Source of the DNA: Octopus vulgaris
Lineage: Eukaryota
Assembly (NCBI GenBank): GCA_951406725.2
Contig: OX597820.1
Coordinates: forward strand, 92,566,001-92,630,000
Length of the DNA stretch: 64,000 nucleotides
Reading direction: 5' to 3'
Positions 13,919 to 27,752 of this stretch are shown here, piece by piece. A program made the position numbers and the translations under genes. The notes under the pieces were generated by a model. The model was not told the origin of the DNA. It ran no database searches and saw only the letters and a program-made list of their open reading frames with translations. Positions within the stretch are counted from its first letter, which is position 1, and every line of letters starts with the position of its first letter.

Positions 13919-14299
13919 GGTAGGCACCCGCTTCCTCGACGAAATCTCACTCTGCAGGATATTCATATATAGATTTTCAAGCAAAATACATTTGCTGATT
14001 TCGAAAATCTGTTCGACAGCAATAATAATTCTCTAAATGAGATATAGACAGTAACTGCTCCATAACATGAGGAACTAAAGCCATCTGAATGTGGCTAGGG
14101 ACAGGGCAGGGTGGTGGGGGTGTTACTGTTGCATTTAGCCCCAGGCGAACATCGACGTCGCCAGATAGGCTTGACACCATCACGGTGTCCTTTAACCTGC
14201 AAAGGGAGATAATTCCCCGATGAAGCGGAAACCTACCGCAAGTTGATATATATATATTTGTATAATATATATATTTGTATAATATATATATATATTTGA

Positions 14300-14640
14300 A
14301 GGCGCATGGCTCAGTGGTTAGAGCGTCGAGCTTACGATCGTGAGGTTGTGAGTTCGAATCCCGGACCGGGCTGCGTGTTGTGTTCTCGAGCAAGGCACTT
14401 TATTTCACGTTGCTCCAGTTCACTCAGCTGTAGAAATGAGTTGCGACGTCACAGGTGCCAAGCTGTATCGACCTTTGTCTTTCCCTTGGATAACACTGGT
14501 GGCGTGGAGAGGGGAGGCTGGTATGCATGGGCGACTGCTAGCCTTCCATAAACAACCTTGCCCGGACTTGTGTCTAGGAGGGTAACTTTCTAGGTGCAAT
14601 CCCATGGTCATTCATGACCGAAGGGGGTCTTTACCCCTTT
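14300..14640 (+). mobile_element. tRNA-derived SINE, apparently full length
   Basis: A-box TGGCTCAGTGG, B-box GTTCGAATCC, then the tgtgttctcgagcaaggcactt core shared with 30011. No tRNA acceptor stem or terminator. Confidence 0.85.
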
Positions 14641-14721
14641 ATTTGTATAAGCATACAAATGCAGATGTACGTGTATATGTGTGTATATATATATGCGCGT
14701 GTATAAACATATATACATTTA

Positions 14722-15480
14722 TAGGTCTTAGACAAAATAATGGAAACACCTTGTTAAATATAGCTGGCATCAATCACAGTTTCAATACGTCGAGGGATTT
14801 GAAAGGTTATTTTTGAGTAATTCTTCAACTATAGCTTTAGCTCATTCACTTGATGCTCCGAAGTGCACCATAAATGTTTGGTTATACTAAGATCTGATGA
14901 TTGTAATGAATTACGACAAATGCTCTACTCTATTTCCCTTTTGTGTTCTTCAGAGCAATTTTGAAGAACATTGGCCGTATGATTCGGCGCGTTATCGCCC
15001 TGGGACATTACGAGACCATCAGGAAACAACGTTTGCACCATAAGAGAGACATGATTAACCAAAATATTCAGGTATGCCTTGTCGATAATGCTGGTTGGTA
15101 GAATAATTAAAGGGTCAAGTGTATTCTGAGATATAGCTTCCATATTCGCCAATTTGTAGCCTCCATCTTCACAGTGTAATCCAACCTTAGGGTTGAGGGC
15201 CTATTTGGGCTGCGTCTAGATATAAGGCATAAACACACCCCCAAAGTGGGATAAGGATGAATGGCGATTCACCAGAAATTAAATGATTCCATTTAAGCAC
15301 TGGCGAACTCTTATACACCACACGACATTTCCTCACTTACCAATGATAACAGAGGCCATGAAAGATTTATCAATTTCAGCTCTTTCTTTGTATCCATCCT
15401 TATGAAGCTCGTGACGAACGTTTTCGTTCAAACAAATTTTGCATCAGAGAGGTTTATCTCAGCTGAAACTTTCCTGCCGT
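14722..15480 (-). pseudogene. Tc1-like transposase remnant
   Basis: QGDNAPNHTA motif in ORF 14925-15152. TIR-like gacaaaataatggaaacacc at about 14731. Confidence 0.65.
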
Positions 15481-15918
15481 AGATCGATGATTTTGTCTGT
15501 TTCTTCGCTTTCTTTCTTTTTGGGTCTTTTATTTTCTTTTAATTTATTTTTATTTTATATATATATATATATATATATTTGACACAATACATTTCACTGT
15601 TTTGCAGTCCTTCTCTATGAACTTTGCCTCCTGTCCAGAATTATGCTTCACAGAGCTGATTTTTACCTCAGCTTTGGTATGTCGACATGATTTTAGAGAC
15701 TGCAACTTTCGATATATTAAACAGTTTAGCAGTTTTATTGACAGAATCTCCAGCCGTCTGCGCTCCAACAATTTTCCCTTTGGAGGCCTGACAGGTGACA
15801 TATTTTAACTTATTTCAAAATAAATATCTATAACAAAACATATATCATGAATTAAAAGACAGGCATTATACATATGAAAACATATAGGGAGGTTAGAACG
15901 TTTTTTGAATTTATCATA

Positions 15919-16346
15919 TCTATTATATAAAATCCGTTCTGTCTGTCTGTGTGTGAGTCTTCTAGGATCTCGGGCGTCCTCCATCCGATTGCGCTCAAAT
16001 TTGATGTGTAGATACCGACGGTATCAGGGCGTGTATAAGTCTTGAAAAAATTACCATCATCGATCCCAGGTGAGAAGCGATCGATAAAGCCGTAGGAACG
16101 TGCATTTGTACGCGCAAGTACATCAGCTCTTGCGATGTACTTACTGGTTGCATATTTGTGTGAATAGAATCGTTTTTCTTTAGAATAGAAACATGTCTAT
16201 CTTTATTTCTTCTTTTGCTGGTGTCTCAAATTTAGGTTAAATCAGTGTTTTTCAAAGGAGAGGCCTATGGGACGGCCGGACAAGCTTTTTTAAGAAAATT
16301 TGGTTTAAATGTTTGACAACTCAGCACCGTCCGTTGGACGGGGGGC
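15919..16346 (+). mobile_element. Non-autonomous Helitron-like repeat (5' part)
   Basis: Starts TCTATTATATAAAA + (CTGT)n. Homologous to 160-530. Confidence 0.55.
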
Positions 16347-16473
16347 GTTTTGCTCGTTGGTTATAATATGAACGCAGTTAAATAAATGTGGTGTTACTAT
16401 TAAATTGCCCATCCTCTGTACGTATAAACACTCACACATATATATACATATGTAGATAAGTACGTATGTGTGG

Positions 16474-16504
<31 letters not shown>

Positions 16505-16505
16505 G

Positions 16506-16898
16506 TTAGTTAGTTAATTTGGCTCAAAAGCAAATAGCAAGGTCATGTAGGGGGACATGGAGTTAAGTACAGGGTGGTGTTCATGTAAAGAGTTCAGGCC
16601 ACTTGAGCTCAAGGGAGGCTTTGAACAAAGCGGTCGTCGGTATCTTCACCATCTCGTCTGGCAGCTTGTTCCACGGATCCGCAACCCGGACGGAGAAAGC
16701 TCCTCTCCTTCGATTGAGATGAAATCGTCGCAGGTAGAGCTTTTCGGAATGACCCCGCAGCCGACGCTCTGGAGCAGGAGTGAAGAACAGCTCTTTCGAG
16801 AGGTTACACTTTCCGCTTATGATGTTATGGGCGAGAATGAGATCACCACGGCGGCGGCGTTTTTCTAGAGAATAAAGGTCGAGCGTCCACAGCCTAAG
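16506..16898 (-). mobile_element. CR1-clade LINE 3' end (ORF2 C-terminus, 3' UTR, (TAAC)n tail)
   Basis: LDLYSLEKRRRRGDLILAHNII..RLRGHSEKL..FSVRVADPWNKLP..FKASL, the typical CR1 C-terminus. Short tandem tail gttagttagtta on +. Confidence 0.88.
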
Positions 16899-16950
16899 GA
16901 TACAAAATAGTACTATCGTAGCTAGATGCAAAAGTGAAAACACCACTAAA

Positions 16951-17510
16951 TTAGCCACGAAATGCACTTATCTTAATAAGTGGACGAAAGAGAGGGAACG
17001 AGAAGACTGCATACCTTATTAATGGCTATTTTGTGGTTAAAAGAGTCATTTTTTTACTCTTCTTTTTAGCAAGGCTGGTACAATTGTGTATGCTTGTTTA
17101 TAAATTTACCTGTAGGCTTTAATTGCTAATCGGTCACCTACATTATTTATAACATACACTTGTACCGTTTTGAAACAGCGCACACTTTGAACGGTTTTTG
17201 TTTGAGTTGACGAGGCGAATTATGCGTAACCCTAGGCGTAGTAAGATCCACTGACGAGAACTGAGATGCAACGAACCAGAATGCGAAATCACGTGAAATG
17301 GCTATATCTGCTTCACTTGTGAGCTTGTCTCACTACGGTGTGTCGCTTTCTTTCGGTCTCTCTTTCGTCAGCTTATTGAGATGTGTGCTTCTCGTGGCTA
17401 AATGAGTCATTTTTTATTCTATTTGTTGCGATGATGATATTCTTTTGTACTTTTCTTTATAAATTTTCCTCTAGGTTTTAATTGCTAATGGGTCATCTAC
17501 ATTATTCCTA
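16951..17510 (+). repeat. Old repeat with ~361-bp direct periodicity plus an inverted segment and a hammerhead remnant
   Basis: 17033-17150 resembles 17394-17510 (direct). 16951-17007 resembles the reverse complement of 17342-17401. Confidence 0.65.
17248..17301 (+). ncRNA. Degenerate type I hammerhead motif
   Basis: CCA-CTGACGA-G...C-GAAA-TCACGTGA-AA-TGG. Core and palindromic stem III are present, but UH is replaced by AA. Confidence 0.5.
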
Positions 17511-17546
17511 TATGTGTGTAAACGATTGTATATATTTAGAAATCTC

Positions 17547-17587
<41 letters not shown>

Positions 17588-18255
17588 GTGTGTGTGTGTT
17601 TATGTAGCTGTTGACTCCACACACATTTTATTTCGTCTTTCGAATTACATTTTTCCCTGGAGAATCTTACGTCTCTTTATTGCATCTGTTGCAGCTGGCA
17701 TCTACATGTTCATAACTTTATGTATTATGTATGCATAAGTTTCTCACAAATATATAAATTCTTGCAAAAGAAGCAGCAGCAGCAGCAGCAGAAGAAGAAG
17801 AAGAAGAAGAAGAAGAAGGAAGGTGGATGGAGGGGAGGAGGGGGAGGGGGAGGGGGATGAGAAGGGGGGATGATGTGAGAGGGTAGGGTGGGGAGGGGGA
17901 GGAGGGGATGAGGAGGGGATGAATAGGTGGAGGAGAAAAGGAAGAGAGGAGGGGGAATGGAGGAAGAGAGGAGGAGGAGAGAAGGAGCAGGAGGAGCAGG
18001 AGGAGATGATGATGGGGGGGGGAGGAAGCGGAGGGGGAGAAGAAGTATTGTAGTAGTTCTCTGTTAAAATTCTGTTGCGCTCGCTTTTGGCTTTCATCCT
18101 TTCGTTATCGATAAAATAAGTATCAATTGAACACGGTGGTGGAACTTGCTGGCGTTGTGCCAAGAGTTGAAATTATCATCAACATCATCATCATCATCAT
18201 CATCATCGTTGTCGTCGTCGTCGTTATCATCATCATCATCATCATCATTATTATT

Positions 18256-18982
18256 GCGTGAGAGAGCAGCGCATGTCATCTAAGTGAAACCATGCTATAA
18301 ATTTAGAAAATCCAATATACCCATCATGATAAGACTCATACAATATTACATCATACATAGCAAATATATGGAATTGAAACGAATACTTGCTGTACCCCAT
18401 TCTACAGAGGTCCGATGCACTTGTGTGGTATATATTCTTTTTCACTGGGTTGGTTTTCAATGCCTGATCCTAGGCTGCGATGATCAGGCTTTCAGTATTC
18501 TTTTTTAGGTCACCCTTGTTGAGCCACCTCCATGATGGTTCCTGGTCTTTTAAATTGTTGGTTTCACAGTGGAATTGACTACTATGTAATTCCATACGGA
18601 GTAGAGTTTCTTCTCTCTCGTTGGCTGCTCTTGTTCGGAATTCATGAGCACTGTCAAGTCCATTTTTTTTAACTCCTTCTGCACTAGAAGCAAACTGTAG
18701 CAGGTCTTGTCTGCTTTTTACCAAATATTCTATGATGTTTCTTTTTTCACGGTTGATGCACTCCCATACGCTAATCAGCCCATATCCACCTTTACCTCTC
18801 TTCACGTAGAGCCTGTGTAAATTTGCCTTAGGATGGAGGTCACCATGAATTGTCTTTCAGATAGTGCGATCGAGTTGGTCAATCTCCGCTTGTATCTACT
18901 TCAGAATGGGTGCACTATAGCGGACTATAGCAACAGCCCACATGTTGATGGTAGTCACAAAGTTCTTTGAGATGAGATTTGA
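18256..18982 (-). pseudogene. Internally deleted R4-type retrotransposon fragment ending in the family-E tail
   Basis: RGKGGYGLISV..WRWLNKGDLKKNTESLIIAA*DQALKTN. The terminal ~80 bp match the family E 3' end, followed by TAA on the minus strand. Confidence 0.8.
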
Positions 18983-18997
18983 TTAATATCATTATTA

Positions 18998-19297
18998 CTT
19001 TTTTTTTTCTTCTTTCAAATTTGCTTCCATTCCTTGCCGAGTGTCTTCCCGACTCCTAGGGCAAAGAAACTCATAGTATACATTGGTAGGCCATTAAACC
19101 AAACTCAGTAGTTCGTTCATTTTTTTTTTTTCTTAAAGTTAAATTAAAATACATGAGCAGCAACAGTTCTCACATCGACAATGCTCTTCTCAATACGTGT
19201 GATGTACCAGTTAAGACAATCTTTTGCACTTCTTGCAGGGATGGTTAGCCAGGGATCATTCTCATATAATTTTCGGTTCCCTTCTTGATCATTCCTA
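18998..19297 (-). mobile_element. 300-bp 3' fragment of family C R4 element
   Basis: Near-identical to 39649-39946; I see two substitutions plus poly-T length differences. Lies in TTA repeats. Confidence 0.93.
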
Positions 19298-19504
<207 letters not shown>

Positions 19505-19617
19505 GAGCTTCAAAGATGCCTATCAAGCGGCTTTTAAGCTAGCTCCTGTGGAAGGCTCTTCATTAGGCCTTGGGCCCAACAGTGACACTTCATGCGTTGA
19601 GAACATATTAAATTTCA

Positions 19618-19994
19618 TTAACTTTTTCTACTCTAGGCAGAAGGCCCGATTAGATCGACTCCAGTACGCAATTGGTACTTAATTTATCGATCCCGAAATG
19701 ATGAAAGGCGAAGTTGACCTCGGCAGAATTCGAAGTCAGAATATAAAGACAGATGGAATACCTATTTCTTGACTACCCACAAGGGGCTAAACATAGAGAG
19801 GACAAACAAGGACAGACAAATGGATTAAGTGGATTATATCGACCCCAATACGTAACTGGTACTTATTTAATCGGCCGCGAAAGGATGAAAGGCAAAGTCG
19901 ACCTCGGCGGAATTTGAACTCAGAACGTAACTGCAGACGAAATACCGCTCAGCATTCCGTCCGGCGTGCTAACGTTTCTGCCAGCTCGCCGCCT
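19618..19994 (-). mobile_element. Dimeric OK-like SINE
   Basis: Two head-to-tail core copies (gaaaggc.aagt.gacctcggc.gaatt.gaa.tcagaa). Flanking near-duplicate tattaaa(t/c)ttca at 19606 and 19995. Confidence 0.8.
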
Positions 19995-20420
19995 TATTAA
20001 ACTTCAAAAATATTTTTCAAGCAATCAACAACTTTCATCAAAGCAATAAATATAATTTGTTGACTTGGAACTTATTGCAAAGCTGCATGATAAACAACAG
20101 TAGCACCACCACCACATCTGCCATACAGCAATACCACCATCACCACTACACTTGCCATTCAGACTTCTGACGCCACCAACCTCATACCTTTGACTTAGCC
20201 ACCACCATCACCACTGTCTTTCACATCACTTACCCTCATCTCTGACCGCCTCAGCTACCACCACCACCATCATCACCACCGCCTCTGCGTCTATCACAAC
20301 TACAGCTCATACTATTATCACCCCATTACCATAAAAAAATAGCTAAATATGTGTGGTTGTTCATTATGTTACTTCAGCATCTTAGTTCAGTTTTCAGTCC
20401 TGCTTTCTCTCACATACCCA

Positions 20421-20490
<70 letters not shown>

Positions 20491-20649
20491 TTCTCTCTCT
20501 CTCTTTCTTATCGTTACTCCCATCGCCATCATCAACACTACTATTTATTAACAAAAACATCATTGATCCTCCCTAAATTTCTTTGTCTCTATTTCTCTCC
20601 CTCGCTTTTCCTTCTCTCGCTGCCTGTGTCTTCGCCACCGCCCTCACCG

Positions 20650-20803
20650 TCCCAATGCCTACATTTAGGGTCAGAATGATTTCCAAGAATGTCACCCTGG
20701 TACTTTTTTTGCGAAGAAGCTTTGGTCTTGTGCTGCCAATATGAAACCTTCAGTCTCTGCCTTCAGCCCTGAACTTCTCAACCATTGATGTGTTGTTGAG
20801 TGA
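20650..20803 (-). pseudogene. Short R4-type ORF fragment
   Basis: THQWLRSSGLKAETEGFILAAQDQS..YQGDILGNHSDPKCR. Confidence 0.8.
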
Positions 20804-20804
20804 T

Positions 20805-21152
<348 letters not shown>

Positions 21153-21156
21153 GAGT

Positions 21157-21488
21157 GAGTGAGTGAGCAGTGCATAACTTTGCAGGTGGGGCCCAGTTAG
21201 AATTTCTTCAGGTTGAGTAGGCCGTCAAGCTCAAAAGATTCTTGAATAAGGGTTGTGTAAGTATGATAAACAAAACATCCATGTTTCCAAAGGTGATTTA
21301 TCCAAACCCCAAAGAATTCCTCTCGACACATAGCTTAACTGGTTAAGCAACTGACAAGCAAAGCTGTGGTATATAGCAGAGTATTTTCTGTAACGCTTCT
21401 TTTATACCAAGACAAAAGAATGTATATGATAATATTTCCAATCAGTTAAGTTCAGAATCCATGAGATCCACTGCCTTGTACTGCACAC
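21157..21488 (-). mobile_element. Family E element, internally deleted copy
   Basis: Reverse complement aligns with 32898-33272 and the terminal gcactgctc.ctcactc. Confidence 0.82.
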
Positions 21489-21534
<46 letters not shown>

Positions 21535-21553
21535 GTTGTTGTTGTTGTTGTTG

Positions 21554-21589
<36 letters not shown>

Positions 21590-21614
21590 GTTTGACTTTT
21601 GCTTTGTATTTGTA

Positions 21615-22482
<868 letters not shown>

Positions 22483-22499
22483 TTTAAAAAAAGGATTGA

Positions 22500-24870
22500 C
22501 GTAACTCTTCACAAAGTTAAACAGTCAAGTCGAAGAGCGCGATTCGATTGTAAGATATTTTATTAATTGAACGTCTGTCTTTGTCAAGTTCAAAATAAGA
22601 AGTGATAAAAATTCAAAATTACAGAAATTTAAACGTAAAGTATGAACGAGAGCAACCAGCGTCCGCACGTCGGTGGAATGACATCATCAGTTTTTAAGTT
22701 ACAATTTCTTAACAGGTGAAAAGAAAAAGACAGAAAAAAAACAGAAAAAGAAGACAGAATAAAGGAAAGAAAAGAGAGAACTACTGTTGTTGTGACTGAC
22801 ATCGAGTCTGTGCCCATTAAAACTTTTGTTTAATTGTTCTGTTGTGCAACCAACATAAATGAAGTTGTGTTTCGTGCATTCTGCAGTGTACACCAAATGG
22901 GAAACTTTACATGTTCCACGTTCTGCATAAATCATAACATTTCTGTTATGAATCTTGAGTGAATTCACTTCACTTTTGTTGTTGCACAATGAACAGAGCT
23001 TACCTCTCTTGCGGCTGTTCTTTAAGCTACAGCGTGTAGATACACCAATGTTCGGTTTCTTGGAGTCAGATATAGAGGTCAATAATTCTCTTATATTCTT
23101 ATTCAGTCTAAAGGCTACAATAGGCGGCTGAGGAAATATCTGTTTGAAACGAGGATATTTTTTTCGTCACATGCTGGTAACTTTTATGCAACGCTTTTGA
23201 AATGCCAACGAAATGTCGGTGCCAGCTAATTACTAAAAGAATTCTGTCATCTATTTCATTGTGTTTACTAAATTATGCGTGTAGGTTTGACTATCTTTGC
23301 TAATCTTAGCTATTTCATTTGCTATTTAATTTAATCGTGATTCAGTGTAACAGCGTTTGACATAATGACATACAAAGCATTTGCATGTTTTCAGTAATCC
23401 CCTATGTCAGTACAAATCCGTTTTATCCTCAAAAATTGGGATTTCGGATTTGACTGAATAAGATGATGTGGATGATCGGAGCGGCGGTGGAGATTAATGT
23501 GGGATGGCATGGGCTTGCAAAATAACTCTGTAACTCTTCTGCCTCCCGAAAACTTGACTTTTGTGTCCAAAAATTCAGTGCTAGTTTTTGAAAGACTAAA
23601 TTTTATGTTGGACCTAAAGTCATAGCTTCTAGCATATCAGTTACAGAAATGAAAAAAGTCCTTTAAATCATCCTGTGATCCTTCCCAGACAAAACAATAC
23701 GTCGTCAAGGAATCGTAACCAGAGTATTGGTTCATGACCATGGTGGGATTTGAACGTCTTCAATAACTGTGTTTCGAATTTCGTGATGAAGACATTAGCG
23801 AAATTAACTGCCATGGTGGCACCTATGGCACAACCCTTCGTCTGGTGGTAAAATCGTCTTTGTCTAAACTTCATTGCGTTACTTTCTATCACAAACCTCA
23901 ATAATCTACAGAGAAAATTTGATAGAATACTTTTGTTTGACCGCTTTTCGAAGGCATTCATGCATTCTTCAACCACTTCATTGTGGTCACTATTGGGATA
24001 TAAGGAAGAAACATCCATGGTCATCAAAAACTGTTCTTAATACGGCCTCGGTGCTTAAAAAAAGTTACAAAATCAAAGGTATCCCGAATATAGGAACTTG
24101 ATCGTTTTTACCACGGGGATTAGAAAACAATCAAGCCATTCCAAAATTTTGGCCTTGCAACATTCATATCCGCTGCAAATTGGGAAGAAATCTTTCGAAC
24201 TTTTTGTGTATTTTAGGGAGACCATAACATACAGATATTCTTTCTGATATTAAAATCTTAGATTCAGCCTTATGATCGAAATTGTTTTCTTTCATTTCCA
24301 GAATTATTTTGTCAAGTTTCTCTCTTTAATTGTGGTTTGGATCGACAGGTAATTCTTCATATGAAGTTTCGTCATTTAAAACTTCTTCACAAACCGAAAT
24401 ATACTCCCATTTGTCCATAATTACGATAGCGCCTCCCTTATCCGCCATCTTAATAACAATAGAATCGTTATTAGCTAGACGTCAGAGTGCGTAACGTTGG
24501 GAATTTGTGAGGTTGTTCCAGAACTTCTTTCCACTTCTTTTAAGGCTTTCTCCAATGCCTGCCTGATACGATTCAAGAAATTCCAGTACTGGTTGTGAAC
24601 GTCCATCCCGAACTTTATCTGGATACCAATCGGAATTCTTTTCAGTCCAATTATGCCAGATTCGATCATCATCATTTTTATTTTTAGTAAACATAGGGTT
24701 TTCTGACTTCTCGTTACCAGTTTTTTCAAAAAAATATTCTTTTAGCTTGTGACGCCGGACAAACTGATATAGCTCTTGAGCTAGTTTATTCTTGTCGAAA
24801 TTCTTAGTGCTTGGGCAAAAACTCATTCCAAGCTCTAAGACTAGATATTTTATCCTAAAATACATTTAGT
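22500..24870 (-). pseudogene. Penelope-like retroelement (RT + GIY-YIG endonuclease), disrupted
   Basis: N-terminus LELGMSFCP..FVRRHKLKEYF and IVIKMADKGGAIVIMDKWEY. RT MDVSSLYPN, YHQTKGCAIGA, WLRFLDDVLF. Endonuclease CSLC..TCKVSHLVY..C..IYVGCTTEQL..FNGH. Confidence 0.9.
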
Positions 24871-27409
24871 AAGACTGAAACTAATTTCTAAACAATTGAC
24901 TATCCCGTATAATCGATGGCATAATCCATACTGAACCCCCAATGCTCATAATATATGTATTGAAAGTTTGTGTGGCGAAATCTTTGAAAAACATACAGAA
25001 ATCAAAACAGTTATGCATTTATTACTGAACTGCATTCATCGGTATAATTCATTGTTCAAGGTTCATGTACTGAGTTTATTATATCAACTACACACCGACA
25101 TGATTATTTAGATAATAATTATACAATATCGTGGTGGTAGAGTTGACGAAATGATTTCTAGTACTTAGTAAAATTGTGATTAAAAAAAAAGAAACACTGA
25201 AGTTCCATGTATCTTTATGGAAGTTAAGAAAATAGATAAATGAATAATGTGTGCTGGTAAGTTCATTCCTGTTCGGTTTTGACTTAAATCCAACCAAGCG
25301 GCGCTTTGGCCAAGTAGCTGTTGACATATCGAATCAAGGAAAGATCTGCAAATTGACGATGGTAGACAAAGCTTAAGTGGAACACCGTATTAGAGACGGT
25401 TCCAATTCTTGGGTTTTAAATTTACCTCGTCGATGTTGGGTGCTTGTAACGTAGTATACTCTGATACAAGCATTTTCACAAACTTTCCTGCCTGTGATTA
25501 GCTTCACCTTCTCCTTGACATCAGACTTGAAAGCGTTCAACATTGCATTGATCAACTTAAGTAAAAATATATATATATAATAAATAAATACAGAATTTGC
25601 TCTCTATAAGTACTCGACGTGAATAAATCGACTTTATTTTTCCCCACTATACTCCACTATATTCCTATTAAGAATATGATATGAATAATGAATGTGAAAT
25701 ATCGGTTTATTTTGACTGGGAAAAATACATGCCTGCTATAAACTGAGCTACAGATGGATATGTTAATAAATTGAAAAAAAATCAGATATAGGGAGATGTT
25801 CATTATTCACTTGGGTATCTGGCATATTTACCGAGCTTTTAATTATAAGTCATTATGCATGGAGTGATTGATCGATCTCCACATTTAATTCAGTAGTTTT
25901 ATAGGAATTTTTTCGTCAAAAACTGCTTTCAATTATCTTATTTCTTTTACATATATAAATTTTTTCTGCCACACCTTTTCCGCGCATTTCACGATTATTT
26001 CAGCATAATCACATATTTTTTCGTATCGAATTAGGAGGAATGCTTCATTTAATGATCTTTAACAATTGAAACTCATCATAATTTTTTCAACTTTATATAT
26101 TTTTCGTTCACTTTTTTTTTGTAATTTAATATTTGCTTTGAATTTCACTTTTATATTTTCCTTACTTTTTTTTTTAAACATTTTCATATAGCAAAGTCAA
26201 AAATATAGAAAATCTGCAGGCTATCAAATGGCAACCATCTTTAGAAACTTTAGTGGAATAGATTTTTCATCAAATGAAATTGAAGTGAGACGACGGGAGA
26301 TAAATCGGTCATGAGATTCCAGGAAAGTGAAATTAGTAAAACAGATAGCAAATTTCAAACGAAGACTGAATGGTATAAATATCTTGTCCGCTTTTCAAAT
26401 ATAATATAACCAGACACATTACTGATCACAGAGATATTAATTAGGTTCTCGTTTTGAAGATTAGAAATTCGAAAATTTTTGTCAAGAAAGTAGGAATGCA
26501 ATTAAAATATTACTTCATTAAATGAAATAATTAACGATTCTTGAAACTAATTTCTAATAAATCAATTTTTTTTCTTTACCTCTTATATTTGATTGTCATT
26601 CACTTCCATTATAGTCATGCATAAATGCCAGTATGTCTATCGATCTGTCTTACTCTCTTCACTCGAACGCTTTCTCTCTCATTTTGCACACACACGCATA
26701 CACACATATATAAGGCGAAACAAAGAAGGAGAGAGAGATGGACAGAGAGATAGACAGAGAGAGAGAGAGAGAGAAAGTGAGGGGTGTTATAGATTTATAA
26801 AATGATCTACGTGTGCGTGTGTGTGCATGTGAATGTGTACCTGTGTACAAAACTGCACACGTACATTACATATAATTATTTATTTACAATCTTTTACCGA
26901 AATCGACCAATAAGAAACTGAAAAGAAGGTCAAAATAAATCTTCATTTTCTAAGAAAACATATAAATGCCGTGTCACATATTCAATATTCTTTTGATATT
27001 TTGTTTATATATTCCATCACAAAACCACACAATGTGAATACACACTATGGGAATACACACACGAATACACGCTCACATAGGTATTCATATATACACGCTT
27101 GCACACACATGTTTAAATATGTGCAGATTCCATTTTGCCTATAGTTCCCAGAAAATGTGTTTGCCCCTTGAAAAATCTGCAGTATCTTCCCGCCCGTTCA
27201 TATTAATCTATATTTCTAAAAGTATCCGAAGGTAGCTAAAATCTATAACCCAGCAACGGCTGACGGATTCAGAGAACAGCACTGTATATATTCTCCGAAT
27301 CTCACATTCTAATTACCTGTAAACAAATTATACCACAATTGTAATTTACAGCTACGATGTACATCTACCCTATTGTAATTTGTGCAAGATGGCCAATGAG
27401 CGTATGTGC

Positions 27410-27752
27410 ATAGAGGTTTTCTTTTTAATCTTTGGATCAATTACATTGCGGGACACGGTTTTGAAGAATTTTTAGCCAAATGAATCGTCTTTATTTTTAA
27501 AGACTGGTACTCATTCTATCGGTTTCTTCTGTCGGACCGCTAAATTACGGTGAAGTAAATGTACCAATACCCCTTGTCAAGTGGTGGTGGTGGAGGACAA
27601 ATACAAATACAAAGACACACACACTAATATATTTGTTCAAAAGGCTTGTTTTAGTTTCCGTCTTTTACTGTAGCGCGAGGCTGTAGTAGAAGACACCTAG
27701 CATAGATGCCACGCAGTGGGGCTGAACCCGGAACCATGTGATAGGGAAGCAA
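27410..27752 (-). mobile_element. Degenerate SINE (46458-46873 family)
   Basis: gtagaagacac...tgccacgcagtggg.ctgaacccggaaccatgtg shared. Confidence 0.72.

Larger units (their letters stand above)
13341..14247 (-). repeat. Tandem array of ~2.5 x 361/362-bp structured units with hammerheads (retrozyme / pseudo-LTR-like), in (TA)n
   Basis: Units start aacatgag at 13341, 13702 and 14064 and are near-identical. The third is cut at 14233 and followed by a 16-nt inverted piece. Confidence 0.9.

Noticed and set aside
13341-14233. CRISPR-like or plain satellite interpretation of the tandem array
   Set aside because: No spacers, eukaryotic context, only ~2.5 units. The ribozyme motif and inverted junction explain it better.
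14300-14372. tRNA gene
   Set aside because: A and B boxes are present, but there is no acceptor-stem pairing or terminator and the sequence runs into a SINE body.
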